Of a stretch of DNA of 64,000 nucleotides, positions 46,001 to 55,743 are shown in pieces. The first letter of the stretch is position 1. Every line of letters begins with the position of its first letter. Below the pieces are notes generated by a model. It was not told the DNA's origin, did no database searches, and saw only the letters and a list, made by a program, of their open reading frames with translations. This DNA is from an uncultured Acidimicrobiaceae bacterium (GTDB lineage Bacteria; Actinomycetota; Acidimicrobiia; Spongiisociales; UBA5794). The translations under genes and the position numbers were made by a program. Location of the stretch: assembly GCA_964569015.1 (NCBI GenBank), contig CAZMSN010000005.1, positions 2,846 through 66,845 on the forward strand. The letters are read 5' to 3'.

Positions 46001-47483
46001 AGTGCCGCCTGCACTGCTCGAGACCGTGCCCGACCCTCTCGGCGATGTCGTCGGCCGGTACGCTCGCACCCACGGTCCATTCACGGCTTCGGCAGCCGCG
46101 ACCGAGCTTGGACTCCCGCAAGCCGCCGTCGTCGAGATCCTGCACCGGCTCGAACTCGAATCAAGGGTCGCCGCGGGAGCCTACGTTCCCGGTTCGACGG
46201 GCACTGAATGGGTCGACCTGGAGGTGCTGCGTCGCCTCCGCCGCCGCTCGCTGGCCGTTCTCCGCCAGGAGGTCGAGGCCGTCCCGCCCGAGGCCCTCGG
46301 GGCCTTCCTGCCGGCGTGGCACGGGATCGGAGCGGGCGGCTCGAGTCCTGAACGCGCCCTCGACGTCGTACGCCGGATCCAGGGCGCGGTGGTGCCGGCC
46401 GCCATCATCGAGACCGACATTCTCCCGTCGCGGCTCGCTTACCGACCTCAGGAGCTCGATCGGCTCCTCGCTTCGGGTGACGTCGTCTGGGTCGGCCGGG
46501 GACCGTTGGGCACTCACGACGGAAAGATCACCTTCTACCTGCGCGACCAGGTGCCGTTGCTGCACTGGGCCGGCGCCGAAAACGCACCGACCGGGGAACT
46601 CCACGAGCGATTGCGGGCCCATCTCGCCACACGAGGCGCCAGCTTCTTCAGGGAGCTCTACGTCGCTGCCGAGGGGGGCGATCCCCGAGCCGTGCTCGAC
46701 GCCCTGTGGGATCTCGTGTGGGCGGGGGAGGTCACCAACGACACCCTGGCACCGCTGCGCTCTTTCCTCTCCGGGCCGGCACGCCGTGGCTCGAGCAGGC
46801 GGCACGTGCCGGGCGCGACCCCGCCGTCTGCCTCGGGCCGGTGGTACCTCGTCGCGGATCTCCTCGCCGGCGTGCCCCCGACCCTCGAGGCCCGCGCTGC
46901 GGCTGTTGCTGAGCACCTCCTGGAACGGCACGGCATCGTCACCCGCGACGCGGTGCTCGCCGAGGGAGTCCCCGGCGGCTTCTCCGGCCTCTACCCGGTC
47001 CTGGCGGCCTTGGAGGACGCCGGAAAGGCCCGCCGTGGATACTTCGTCGAGGGATGCGGCGGGGCACAGTTCGGCTTCCCGGGCGCCGTCGATCGCCTCC
47101 GCGAGCGTCCTACCCCCGGCGTGACGCTGCTCGCCGCCGCCGACCCGGCCAATCCGTACGGAGCTGCCATACCGTGGCCCGACCTCGCCGCCGGCCGCCC
47201 TGCCCGCCGATCCGGCGCTCACGTCGTGCTTCACGACGGACGCATGATCGCCTTTGTCGAACGCGCCGCCCACCGGGTGCTCACAGCCGGCATCGAGCCG
47301 GAGGCGGTCGCCGCCGGCCTGGTCGAGCTCGCCGGCCGCCGGCGCCGGCGCACGACCATCGCCTCCGTCGACGGAGAACCGGTGACCTCTTCGCCGCTGG
47401 CAGCCGAGCTGCGAGGCGCCGGATTCCGGGTCGGGTATCGCGGCCTCACCTTTCACCGGGCCCGATCGGGTCCGACCCGGTGA
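43083..47483 (+). CDS. lhr: Lhr-type large ATP-dependent helicase (SF2), full length with C-terminal domain
   Basis: Motif I APTGSGKT, DEIH box and the Lhr-specific winged-helix and C-terminal domain. 1466 aa. Confidence 0.85.
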   Translation: MALSRFTPATRAWFEASFAAPTTAQTLGWAAIADGEHTLIHAPTGSGKTLAAFLWALDRLSAEPTPPERERCRVLYVSPMKALAYDVERNLRAPLTGIQLAADRLGTAPPRLTTAMRTGDTPARERQAMVRHPPDILITTPESLYLMLTSRAREILRSVRWVIVDEIHSVAATKRGTHLSLSLERLTEIADSPPQRIGLSATQRPLEAIGQFLAGGVIDEDEWKARPVTIVDAPWQKQLEIQIVVPVENMLRPEETPPAAGDPIEPEDGARRSIWPAVYPRLLDLIREHTSTLLFVNSRGLAERLAAELNRLAGEELVQSHHGSVSRERRLEIEGRLKSGELRGVVATSTLELGIDMAAVDLVVLVESPASVARGLQRVGRAGHQVGVPSRARVFPKHRGDLLETAVVVDRMYQGAIEETKIPANPLDVLAQHVVAATAVEPRKVDDLYSLVRRASPYRDLTRGAFEGVLDMLAGRYPSDEFAELRPRIVWDRVEDTVTPRGNARMLAVTNPGTIPDRGLYTVMLPEGGRVGELDEEMVYERRPGDVFVLGSTSWKISEITHDRVIVSPAPAQAATFMPFWHGDGPGRPCELGRAIGAFVHEIGGLDRAEAAEALRERYRLDPWAAANLAEFLEEERSITGTLPSDRTIVVEQFRDEIGDWRTVLLSPFGARVHAPWALAARRRYRRSHGVEVDVIWSDDGIVFRFPDVDAPPSTAELVIPPDEIDDLVLEEVGDSALFTSHFREAAARALLLPRRRPGTRTPLWLQRRRAAGLLDIAKRFSSFPIVLETYREVLQDHFDLPALREVLTGIARRSIRVAEVELHGPSPFATSLMFDFLASFMYEYDAPAAEKRAAALTLDRKLLQELLGDPQFRDLLDPDVIAQVELELQRLAEDRKISGPDALHDALRDLGPLTIEGVAARATDPAAITAWITTLTQSRRVVPIRVHGTDGFAAVEDVSRLRDALGISPPPGVPPALLETVPDPLGDVVGRYARTHGPFTASAAATELGLPQAAVVEILHRLELESRVAAGAYVPGSTGTEWVDLEVLRRLRRRSLAVLRQEVEAVPPEALGAFLPAWHGIGAGGSSPERALDVVRRIQGAVVPAAIIETDILPSRLAYRPQELDRLLASGDVVWVGRGPLGTHDGKITFYLRDQVPLLHWAGAENAPTGELHERLRAHLATRGASFFRELYVAAEGGDPRAVLDALWDLVWAGEVTNDTLAPLRSFLSGPARRGSSRRHVPGATPPSASGRWYLVADLLAGVPPTLEARAAAVAEHLLERHGIVTRDAVLAEGVPGGFSGLYPVLAALEDAGKARRGYFVEGCGGAQFGFPGAVDRLRERPTPGVTLLAAADPANPYGAAIPWPDLAAGRPARRSGAHVVLHDGRMIAFVERAAHRVLTAGIEPEAVAAGLVELAGRRRRRTTIASVDGEPVTSSPLAAELRGAGFRVGYRGLTFHRARSGPTR

Positions 47484-47540
47484 TGCCCTCGCGCCGTGGT
47501 ACGTTGACCCGCATGCGACGCGGCTTGCGGGGGTGACCCG

Positions 47541-48761
47541 ATGAGTGTTCCCTATCTCTCGATCCGGCCGGGACACCCTGATTTCCTCGATCTCGAATGG
47601 GGACGACCCGTCTCGGAGTGGAACGACCCGCGCGTCATCGACCTCCCCACCGGCGTCCATCGCCATCCCATCTGTTTCGTCGCCTATGGAGAGCGGATCT
47701 ACGCCATCAAAGAACTCCCCAGGCACCTGGCTCACCACGAGTACGAGACGCTGCGAACCCTCCAGAACCGGCTACGACCGATCGTGACACCGGTCGGCGT
47801 CGCCGAGCGGCGCTGGATTCCCCCCGACGAGGAGTCATCGACGGCGGTCATCACCGAGTACGTGCGGTTCGCTTTCACCTACCGGGAGTTGCTCACCGGC
47901 TGGGGCTTCGGCGCCCGCCGCGAGCAGATGCTGGACGCCTTCGCCGGCCTGCTCGTCGAGCTCCACCTCGCAGGGTGCTACTGGGGAGACTGCTCGCTCT
48001 CCAACGTGCTGTACCGCTACGACGCCGATTCGATAGAGGCCATCATGATCGACGGCGAGACCGCCGAGCTGCACGACGACCTGTCGAATGGGCAGCGGCT
48101 CTCCGACCTCGAGATCATGGAGATCAACGTCGCCGGCGGGATGGCGGACATCGCCGCCTCCCAGGGCATCGACATCGACGCCGCCGACCTGGCTCTCGGC
48201 GCCGACATCAGCGCGCGCTACGCCCGATTGTGGAACCAGCTCACCCGGGACGTGATCCTCCGACCACACGAGCGCTACCGCATCAAGGAGCGTATTGAGC
48301 GGCTCAACGCCCTCGGGTTCGAGGTCGATGACGTCGAGCTCGTTCCCGACGGTGAGGGCGGCGACCGGCTCGAGATGCGCGTCAAGGTGGGCGGGCGCAA
48401 CTACCACTCCGCCCGCCTCCGTGAGCTGACCCGCATCCGCGCCTCGGAGAACCAGGCCCGCCAGATCCTCTCCGACCTCTACTACTACGAGGCGGGACGA
48501 GACAACATCAGCCCAGTGGGAAAAGACGTCTTGGCTATCCAGTGGCGCGTCCGCGTCTTCGAGCCGCTGCTGGCGCGCATCATCGGCGACATCGAGCCCG
48601 GGCAAGACGCAGTCCAGGCCTACTGCGACTTCCTCCACCACCGCTATGTGCTCGCCACCGAGCAGGGCCGCGATGTCTCCAACGACGAGGCCTACGCCCG
48701 CTGGATCGAAGCCGGCAAACCCGGCTATCCCCTCGCCGAAGACTCCCCCGCCGACCAGTGA
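47541..48761 (+). CDS. Atypical protein-kinase-like (RIO/Kdo-kinase-like; DUF4032-like) protein
   Basis: Putative catalytic loop GDCSLSNVLY resembling HGDLSEYN of RIO/Kdo kinases. ATG 47541 is preceded by GGGGGTGA, 57 nt after lhr. Confidence 0.5.
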   Translation: MSVPYLSIRPGHPDFLDLEWGRPVSEWNDPRVIDLPTGVHRHPICFVAYGERIYAIKELPRHLAHHEYETLRTLQNRLRPIVTPVGVAERRWIPPDEESSTAVITEYVRFAFTYRELLTGWGFGARREQMLDAFAGLLVELHLAGCYWGDCSLSNVLYRYDADSIEAIMIDGETAELHDDLSNGQRLSDLEIMEINVAGGMADIAASQGIDIDAADLALGADISARYARLWNQLTRDVILRPHERYRIKERIERLNALGFEVDDVELVPDGEGGDRLEMRVKVGGRNYHSARLRELTRIRASENQARQILSDLYYYEAGRDNISPVGKDVLAIQWRVRVFEPLLARIIGDIEPGQDAVQAYCDFLHHRYVLATEQGRDVSNDEAYARWIEAGKPGYPLAEDSPADQ

Positions 48762-48889
48762 GCGACCTCAGCGTCCCAGGACACCTCCGGCGAACGACCA
48801 TCGCCGAGCGGCGCTCGCTGCCTCGGATTTCGCGCTCTGCCCACCGATCGACTGGCGGAACGGCACGGGTCCGATCCTAGGATTCACCG

Positions 48890-49402
48890 GTGCACGTCCT
48901 CATCGCTACCACCGGAGTGCTGAGCCCGGACTCGGCCGTCGAGTTCAGCGGCAAGCTGATCCGTGGCGGAGGAAGGGTGACGGTGACCACTGTCATCGAG
49001 GTCCCTCGCAGCTTCCTCGACGCGCTGCGATCCGAGGGGTGGCACCCACTCGGCGAGAACGCCACAAACGGCGCCCATGCGACCGACGATGCGTTGCTCG
49101 CCCGCTACGTCGACGAACGGGGACAGCGCCTCACCGACCCCATCGTCACGGCCCTCAAGGCGGCCGGCATCGCGGCGACGGCGGTCTTCAGAGAGGGCGA
49201 CGACCCGGCACGCACCATCTCCCAACTCGCCGACGAGCTCGCCGCCGACGTCGTCGTGCTCGGCGCCACGCGCAAGATCTTCGATCAGTCCGCCTGGGAA
49301 AGTGTTTCAGCGCGGGTGATGATCGAGTCGGGTCGCCCGGTCCTGGTGTTGCCGCCCCCGCACCGCGATCCGGTCTCCGACGGCACGGACCAGGCAGGCT
49401 GA
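48890..49402 (+). CDS. Universal stress protein (UspA family)
   Basis: Usp fold with C-terminal VVLGATRK...PVLVLP. GTG start with AGGA upstream. Confidence 0.7.
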   Translation: MHVLIATTGVLSPDSAVEFSGKLIRGGGRVTVTTVIEVPRSFLDALRSEGWHPLGENATNGAHATDDALLARYVDERGQRLTDPIVTALKAAGIAATAVFREGDDPARTISQLADELAADVVVLGATRKIFDQSAWESVSARVMIESGRPVLVLPPPHRDPVSDGTDQAG

Positions 49403-49521
49403 GCAGCCCTCTCACTCTCCGACCGCGCCGCGCTCGAACGTGACGTGAAGCGACACACGCAATTCGGCGCCGTTCCTCGTTCCTCACACGGCGTACCGTC
49501 TGCTTGCCAGCCGGCCTACCG

Positions 49522-51357
49522 TCAGGCGTCGTCAGCGAGCTTGCGGAACTGCGTCCGGTAGAGCGATGCGTACAGGCCACCGTGGGCGATCAACTCCTCG
49601 TGGGCGCCGGACTCGACCAGCGCTCCCCGGTCGAGCACGAAGATGCGGTCGGCCGCCAGAATGGTCGACAGGCGATGGGCGATCACGAGCGAAGTGCGCC
49701 CTTCCATCACCCGCTCCAGGGCATCCTGGATGAGCGCCTCGGAGTGGGCGTCGAGGTGAGACGTCGCCTCGTCGAGGATGAGGATGCGGGGGTTTTCGAG
49801 CAGGACGCGGGCGATCGCCATGCGCTGCTTCTCCCCGCCCGAGAGCCGGTAGCCGCGCTCGCCCACGACGGTCTCCAGCCCCAATGGCAGGTCTTCGATC
49901 ATCTCGGTGAGGTTGGCGGCTTCCACCACGGCGCGGAGTTCGGTGTCGGTGGCGTCCGGCCGTGCATAGCGGAGATTGGCGGCGATGGTGTCGTGGAACA
50001 GGTACGACTCCTGGGTCACCACCCCGATCGCCGCCGCCAGCGACTCCAACGACAGGTCGCGGACGTCGCGGCCGTCGATGGAGACACTCCCTCTCGTGAC
50101 GTCGTAGAGCCGGGGCACGAGGTAGGTCGCCGTCGTCTTCCCGGCACCGCTCGGCCCCACCAGCGCCGCCAGCTCCCCGGGCCGGATATGGAACGAGACA
50201 TCCCGCAGCGCCCAGCCCTCAGTCGCGATCCGGGCCCTGGGGACCTCACCCTCGGTGACCTCCCGGCGGCCGTAGCGTCGCACCGATTCGAGACCCGCCG
50301 ATCCGCTCTCCCCATAGGAGAACCAGACGCCGTCGAACTCGATCGTGCCCTCTACCTCGGTGAGCGCCGCCGGGTGCTCCGCCTCCTCGATGTCGTGGGG
50401 AAGATCGAGCACCTCGAACACCCGCTCGAATGAGACCAGCGAGGTAGCGAACTCGACCCTGGCGTTCGACAGGCCCGAGAGTGGCCCGTACAGCGCCGAG
50501 AGGTAGGCCGAGAGAGCCACGATGGTGCCGATCGAGAGCGAGCCGTTGATTGCCATCACCGCACCCACCCAGAAGACAAGGGCCGTGCCCAGGGCGCTGA
50601 CCACCCCGAGCGCCATGAAGAACCAGCGGCCGATCGTCGCTTGGCGGACCCCGAGATCACGGACGAAGCCCGCCTGCTCGGCAAAGCGGGCATCCTCGTC
50701 GCGGGTGCGGCCGAACAGCTTCACCAACAGCGCCCCCGACACGCCGAGAGTCTCCTGCATCAACGAGCTCATGCGGGCGTTGTGCTCCATTTGCTCCCGG
50801 CGGATCTCACGCAGCAACCGCCCTACTCGCCGCGACGCCAGGATGAAAAGCGGCAGGATCGCCACCGCCAGCAGCGTCAGGCGCCACTCGAGCCTCAGCA
50901 TCACCACGAGCGTGGCGATCACGCTGAACACGTTGGCGGCCAGCGTCACGAACGTACCGGTGACCGCCTGCTGAGCGCCCACGACATCGGTGTTGAGCCG
51001 ACTCATCAGCTCCCCGGTCCGGGTAGCCGTGAAGAAGCCGAGCGACATGCGCTGGAGATGCCCGTAGAGCTGGCAACGCAGATCGAAGATGATGCCTTCT
51101 CCGATCGCCGCCGAAGCCCGACGCTGCACCACGCCGACGACACCGTTGACGATGGGCACCAGGACCATTCCGATCCCCAGCCAGGCGACCGCGGTCAGGT
51201 TCTTCTCAGGGATGGCACGGTCGATGAGGCTACGCATCAACAACGGGGGGGCCAGCGTGAGCAGGCCGATGACGACGATCGTCGCCAGCACCACGACGAT
51301 CCTGCCACGGTGGCGCAGGGCGTAGCCGACGACGCGCCCCAGCAGCGCCCGATCCAT
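49522..51357 (-). CDS. ABC exporter, fused permease/ATPase (MsbA-like)
   Basis: Six TM helices, Walker A GPSGAGKTT, signature LSGGEKQR and Walker B ILILDE. Start at ATG 51357 or 51420. Confidence 0.8.
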   Translation of the reverse strand: MDRALLGRVVGYALRHRGRIVVVLATIVVIGLLTLAPPLLMRSLIDRAIPEKNLTAVAWLGIGMVLVPIVNGVVGVVQRRASAAIGEGIIFDLRCQLYGHLQRMSLGFFTATRTGELMSRLNTDVVGAQQAVTGTFVTLAANVFSVIATLVVMLRLEWRLTLLAVAILPLFILASRRVGRLLREIRREQMEHNARMSSLMQETLGVSGALLVKLFGRTRDEDARFAEQAGFVRDLGVRQATIGRWFFMALGVVSALGTALVFWVGAVMAINGSLSIGTIVALSAYLSALYGPLSGLSNARVEFATSLVSFERVFEVLDLPHDIEEAEHPAALTEVEGTIEFDGVWFSYGESGSAGLESVRRYGRREVTEGEVPRARIATEGWALRDVSFHIRPGELAALVGPSGAGKTTATYLVPRLYDVTRGSVSIDGRDVRDLSLESLAAAIGVVTQESYLFHDTIAANLRYARPDATDTELRAVVEAANLTEMIEDLPLGLETVVGERGYRLSGGEKQRMAIARVLLENPRILILDEATSHLDAHSEALIQDALERVMEGRTSLVIAHRLSTILAADRIFVLDRGALVESGAHEELIAHGGLYASLYRTQFRKLADDA

Positions 51358-51439
51358 GTGGGGACGATCCTGCTCGTCGTCGTATCGGACGTATGACCAC
51401 CAGCCGCCTGAATGAAGCATCGGTCCGCCCATCCGGGCC

Positions 51440-52162
51440 TCAGTCGCCGCCGGCTTCGGCGGAATCCTCCGCAGCCGGTGGCTCGGCGAGCTGCCCGGAG
51501 AGCGGCGCCGCCGACTGGGCCATCTGCTCGCACATCGCCTCCCCCACGCTGCCACGGCAAAACAGCTCATATCGATAGGTGCCGCGCACCCAGATGAGGC
51601 TCAGGCCGTCGGGAACGACCTCGAAGCGGATGTCGCCGGCCTGCTGCTGTTCGGAGATGGAGGCGGCACCCACCCGGAACACGGCGGCATCGCCGTCCTC
51701 GGCCGTGTACGGCTCGGATTTCCAGAGCCCGAAAGCGGCCGAGGTACCGGCGTCGAGTGTCGCCGACGCGGTGTCGAACACGAGCTGGCTCGTCACCCAG
51801 CCCACCTCGTCGGGGATGAGCGAGGGGAACTCCACACCAGGTAGAGCCGCCGCGATCTCAGCCCGGCTCGCCTGGATGAACCGGTTGACGCCGTCGTTGC
51901 GATCCCAGACATCGGCGATCACCACGGCGGGAATCGGTACCACGGTTGCTTCGCCGACGCCGTCGTTGTACCAGTCCACGTCGACGGCCAGGACCGCCCC
52001 CTGAGGCGCCGTTTCACCGTCATCGACCACGATGGTCGTCGTGGTCGTCGTGTCGCCGTACACGATCTCGCGGGACCGATCGCCCAGCCCGTCGAGGAGT
52101 CCGCTCTCGCCGCATCCCGACAGCAAGATCGTCGTCAAGAGCAGCCATCCGGCCCTTTTCAC
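51440..52162 (-). CDS. Lipoprotein of unknown function upstream of the ABC exporter
   Basis: Lipobox LLSGC. GTG 52162 is preceded by GGAGG. Confidence 0.55.
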   Translation of the reverse strand: MKRAGWLLLTTILLSGCGESGLLDGLGDRSREIVYGDTTTTTTIVVDDGETAPQGAVLAVDVDWYNDGVGEATVVPIPAVVIADVWDRNDGVNRFIQASRAEIAAALPGVEFPSLIPDEVGWVTSQLVFDTASATLDAGTSAAFGLWKSEPYTAEDGDAAVFRVGAASISEQQQAGDIRFEVVPDGLSLIWVRGTYRYELFCRGSVGEAMCEQMAQSAAPLSGQLAEPPAAEDSAEAGGD

Positions 52163-52278
52163 CCGTGCCTCCGCACATTGCGACTCGATGCCGGTCAACC
52201 GGCACAGCCGCGCAGCATACCGGTGACGGCGCCCAACGCCTCGATCCGGACGCGGCGGGCTGGCTACGCTCCCCCGCG

Positions 52279-53043
52279 ATGAGCTCACCCCGTCAGATCC
52301 GAGTGCTCCACGATGCTGCGGCAGTGCCCGCCTTCCTCGAAGCGCCGATCGCACGGGCGCTCCTGATGCGGGCAGCCGCCGGCGAGATCCCCGAGACGTT
52401 CCGGATCACGGTCCCCGGCCGCGTCGTCGCCTTCGGGAAGCTCGACCGCCTCGGCGGTGGCTACCCGCAGGCGGTCGCTGCCGCCCGCCGGGCCGGATTC
52501 GATGCCGTAGAACGGCTCGCCGGGGGACGAGCCGCCGCCTTCACAGAGCACACGCTCTCGTTCGGCTGGACGATCCCCCATCCCGACCCCCGTCGCGGGA
52601 TACGAGATCGCTTCATCACCCTCTCCGAACTGATGGTCCGGGCCTTCGCCCGGCTCGGCGTCGCTTCCCAGGTCGGCGAGGTACCGGGGGAATACTGTCC
52701 CGGGGAATTCAGCGTCAACCATGCCGGCCGTCTCAAGCTCATGGGCGTCGGCCAGCGGCTCGTCAAGGCCGCGGCTCACGTCGGGGGGATCGTGGTCGTC
52801 GATCACAGCGCTCTGGTGCGCGATGTGCTCGTGCCCGTCTACGAAGCCCTCGCGCTGCCGTGGCGGCCCGAGACGACCGGATCGCTCACCGAGATCACTC
52901 CCGGGGTCACCACGGCCTCCACCCGCCGCGCCGTGCTCGACGAACTGGCCGACCTGGCGGATCTGCATCCCGGTCATCTCGACGCGGCCACGATGCAGCT
53001 CGCCGCCAGGCTCGCCCCGGATCATGTTCCCCTGAGCGACTGA
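52279..53043 (+). CDS. Lipoate/biotin-protein ligase (BPL/LPL catalytic domain) family protein
   Basis: BPL_LplA_LipB-like core (GRVVAFGKLD ... CPGEFSVN ... KLMGVGQR). Confidence 0.6.
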   Translation: MSSPRQIRVLHDAAAVPAFLEAPIARALLMRAAAGEIPETFRITVPGRVVAFGKLDRLGGGYPQAVAAARRAGFDAVERLAGGRAAAFTEHTLSFGWTIPHPDPRRGIRDRFITLSELMVRAFARLGVASQVGEVPGEYCPGEFSVNHAGRLKLMGVGQRLVKAAAHVGGIVVVDHSALVRDVLVPVYEALALPWRPETTGSLTEITPGVTTASTRRAVLDELADLADLHPGHLDAATMQLAARLAPDHVPLSD

Positions 53044-53256
53044 GTGCTCAGGACGGCGCCGACCCCGCCGGCGGCATCGGATCGAGATGGGTGTACTCCC
53101 CGGTTCGCAGGTGGCATGCCGCCTGGTGGGTGGACCACCAGGCGCAGAAGCTGGCCGATTCCGCGCTCTCAGGCACTGCGGCGCGGCCGCGAAGCGTCGT
53201 TGCGGGGTGAGGGACATGCCTTGGATGGGCGGGCGCCATGCAATACTCTCCCAGCA

Positions 53257-54453
53257 ATGGAACGTGTCCTCGTCGTCAACGGGCCGAACCTCAATCTGCT
53301 GGGAACACGAGAGCCGGAGGTCTACGGGACCACCACGCTCCCCCAGCTCGAGGCATCGCTCCAAGCGTGGGGCGGCGAGCTGGGCGTCGCTGTCGAGACC
53401 TACCAGTCGAACCACGAGGGCGGCATCATCGATCGTCTCCACGCCGCCGCAGGCAAGGTGGATGGCGTGGTGCTCAACGCCGGGGCCTACACCCACTCCA
53501 GCTACGCCATCCACGACGCGATCCTCGCTTCGGGCCTCCCCACCGTCGAGGTGCACATCTCCAACATCCACGCCCGGGAGCCCTGGCGCCGCATCTCACT
53601 CACGGCGCCCGCCTGCGTCCACACCATCTACGGCCGCGGGCTCGCCGGGTACCGTCACGCCCTGCGTCACCTGTTCTGGCATGAGGCGTGGCCGGCCGTT
53701 CCCGTCCACTACGGGGACGGTCCCGACCACCTAGCCGACCTCCGGGTGCCGGAGGGCGCCGGTCCGTTCCCAGTGGCTGTGCTCATTCACGGTGGCTTCT
53801 GGCGTGACCCGTGGACCCGCGACCTGATGGACGGCCTCGGCGTCGATCTGGCGCGCCGCGGCTGGGCCACCTGGAACGTCGAGTACCAGAGGGTCGGCGC
53901 CGGCGGAGGCTGGCCAACGACCATGACGGATGTAGGCGCCGCCATCGACTCTCTCGCCAATCTCGTCGACGAGCACCATCTCGACCTCGACCGGGTCGTC
54001 GCCCTTGGCCACGAGGCCGGGGGACAACTCGCCCTGTGGGCTGGAGCTCGTCCTCACCTGTCGGACGACACCCCGGACCCCGGCGCCGTCGTCACGGTGG
54101 CGGCCGCCGCCGGCCTGGCACCGCTGTGCGATCTCGCCGAGGCGCATCGCCTCGATCTGGGCAACGGCGCCGTCGCCCGCTATCTGCGGCGCACCCCCGA
54201 CGACGGACCGCGCCGCTATGCCCTCTCCTCGCCACTCGCCCTGCTTCCCCTCGGCATCCCCCAGGTCATCGTTCACGGTGGGGCCGACGACCACATCCCG
54301 GTCCAGATGAGCCGCGACTACGCAGGCGATGCCGCCCAACGGGGAGACACGGTCGTCTATCACGAGATCGAGAACGCCGGGCACGATGACCTCGTCGATC
54401 CCGCCTCCGACGCCTGGCGGGTCGTGGTCGACGAGCTGGACGGGCTGTTCTGA
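53257..54453 (+). CDS. aroQ: 3-dehydroquinate dehydratase type II fused to an alpha/beta-hydrolase-fold domain
   Basis: N-terminal about 145 aa carries type II DHQase motifs (VLVVNGPNLNLLGTREPEVYG, NAGAYTHSS, HISN). The C-terminal about 250 aa has an esterase-like fold (HGGFW oxyanion motif) with GHEAGG in place of GxSxG. Confidence 0.75.
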   Translation: MERVLVVNGPNLNLLGTREPEVYGTTTLPQLEASLQAWGGELGVAVETYQSNHEGGIIDRLHAAAGKVDGVVLNAGAYTHSSYAIHDAILASGLPTVEVHISNIHAREPWRRISLTAPACVHTIYGRGLAGYRHALRHLFWHEAWPAVPVHYGDGPDHLADLRVPEGAGPFPVAVLIHGGFWRDPWTRDLMDGLGVDLARRGWATWNVEYQRVGAGGGWPTTMTDVGAAIDSLANLVDEHHLDLDRVVALGHEAGGQLALWAGARPHLSDDTPDPGAVVTVAAAAGLAPLCDLAEAHRLDLGNGAVARYLRRTPDDGPRRYALSSPLALLPLGIPQVIVHGGADDHIPVQMSRDYAGDAAQRGDTVVYHEIENAGHDDLVDPASDAWRVVVDELDGLF

Positions 54454-54463
54454 GGAAGGCTTC

Positions 54464-55678
54464 TCAGCCGGAGCGCTGCACCAGGTCCTGAAGACGCCGC
54501 AGACCCTCCTCGAGGTCGGCATCAGCGAGCGCGAACGAGAAACGGGCGTAGCCCGGCGCCCCGAACGCCTCGCCGGGAACGATGGCGACGTTGATCGTGT
54601 CGAGCAGCAACGTGGCGAGTTCCAGCGTCGTGGCCGCCGAGCCTGCTCCGAGCGGCCGGTTCAGGAGTCCCTTCATGGACGGGAAGGCGTAGAACGCGCC
54701 TTGTGGTTCCGGGCACACCACACCGTCGACGGCGTTGAGCATCTCGCACATCGTGCGTCGCCTCCGGTCGAATGCCGCCCTCATCTCGACGACGAGATCC
54801 ATCGGGCCTTCGAGGGCGGCCAAGGCAGCCCGCTGGCTGACGTTGGCGACGTTCGACGTCGTGTGGCTCTGCAACCGGATGGCTCCGGCTGCGACCGCCG
54901 GCGGGCCGATCAGCCACCCCACCCGCCAGCCGGTCATGGCGTAGGTCTTGGCGACGCCGTTGACGACGACACAGCGCGGCGCCGCGGAGGGAGCCTCCAC
55001 CGGCATCGAGCTGAACGTGGCGTCGCCGTATACGAGATGCTCGTAGATCTCGTCGGTCATGATCCAGATGCCGTGGTCGGCGGCCCATTCTCCGATGGCC
55101 CTCACCTCGTCGGCCGGGTAGACGGCACCGGTCGGGTTGGACGGGGAGACGAACACGAGCATCTTGGTGCGCGGGGTCCGGGCCGCCTCGAGCTGGTCGA
55201 CGGTGACCCGGTAGCCGGTGGTCTCGTCGGCCTCCACCACCACCGGGACCCCGTCGGCGAGCCGCACCGCCTCCGGGTAGGTCACCCAGTAGGGGGCGAG
55301 GAGCAGCGCTTCGTCCCCGGGATCGAGCAGCACCTGGCAGGTGGCGTACACGGCCTGCTTGGCACCGTTGGTGATGACGACCTGAGACGACTCGACGGCG
55401 TAGCCCGATTCGCGCCGCGTCTTGGCGGCCACAGCCTCCCGCAGCTCGGGCAGCCCGGCCGCCGGCGTGTAGTGGTGGTTGCGAGGGTCGGCGGCTGCCG
55501 CGATCGCGGCGTCCACGACGAATTGCGGCGTCGGGAAATCGGGCTCTCCCGCCCCGAATCCGATCACTGGTTTGCCTTCGGCACGCAGTGCCTTGGCCTT
55601 GGCTGTGATGGCTAGAGTCGCTGACTCTGCGACACCTGCGATGCGCTGCGACAGCTCGCCTGGGACCGCACCGGACAT
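54464..55678 (-). CDS. aspC: Aspartate aminotransferase (class I PLP aminotransferase)
   Basis: Fold-type I motifs ([10 protein letters not shown]-Lys region [12 protein letters not shown]). Confidence 0.8.
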   Translation of the reverse strand: MSGAVPGELSQRIAGVAESATLAITAKAKALRAEGKPVIGFGAGEPDFPTPQFVVDAAIAAAADPRNHHYTPAAGLPELREAVAAKTRRESGYAVESSQVVITNGAKQAVYATCQVLLDPGDEALLLAPYWVTYPEAVRLADGVPVVVEADETTGYRVTVDQLEAARTPRTKMLVFVSPSNPTGAVYPADEVRAIGEWAADHGIWIMTDEIYEHLVYGDATFSSMPVEAPSAAPRCVVVNGVAKTYAMTGWRVGWLIGPPAVAAGAIRLQSHTTSNVANVSQRAALAALEGPMDLVVEMRAAFDRRRRTMCEMLNAVDGVVCPEPQGAFYAFPSMKGLLNRPLGAGSAATTLELATLLLDTINVAIVPGEAFGAPGYARFSFALADADLEEGLRRLQDLVQRSG

Positions 55679-55743
55679 TGCTCTAGCCTCCCGTCGTACG
55701 CTCAGCGTTTCCATTCGAGCCGCACGATACCCGGGGTAACCAA

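Noticed and set aside
53044-53256. N-terminal 71-aa extension of the aroQ fusion ORF
   Set aside because: No similarity; AroQ begins at MERVLVVNG (ATG 53257).
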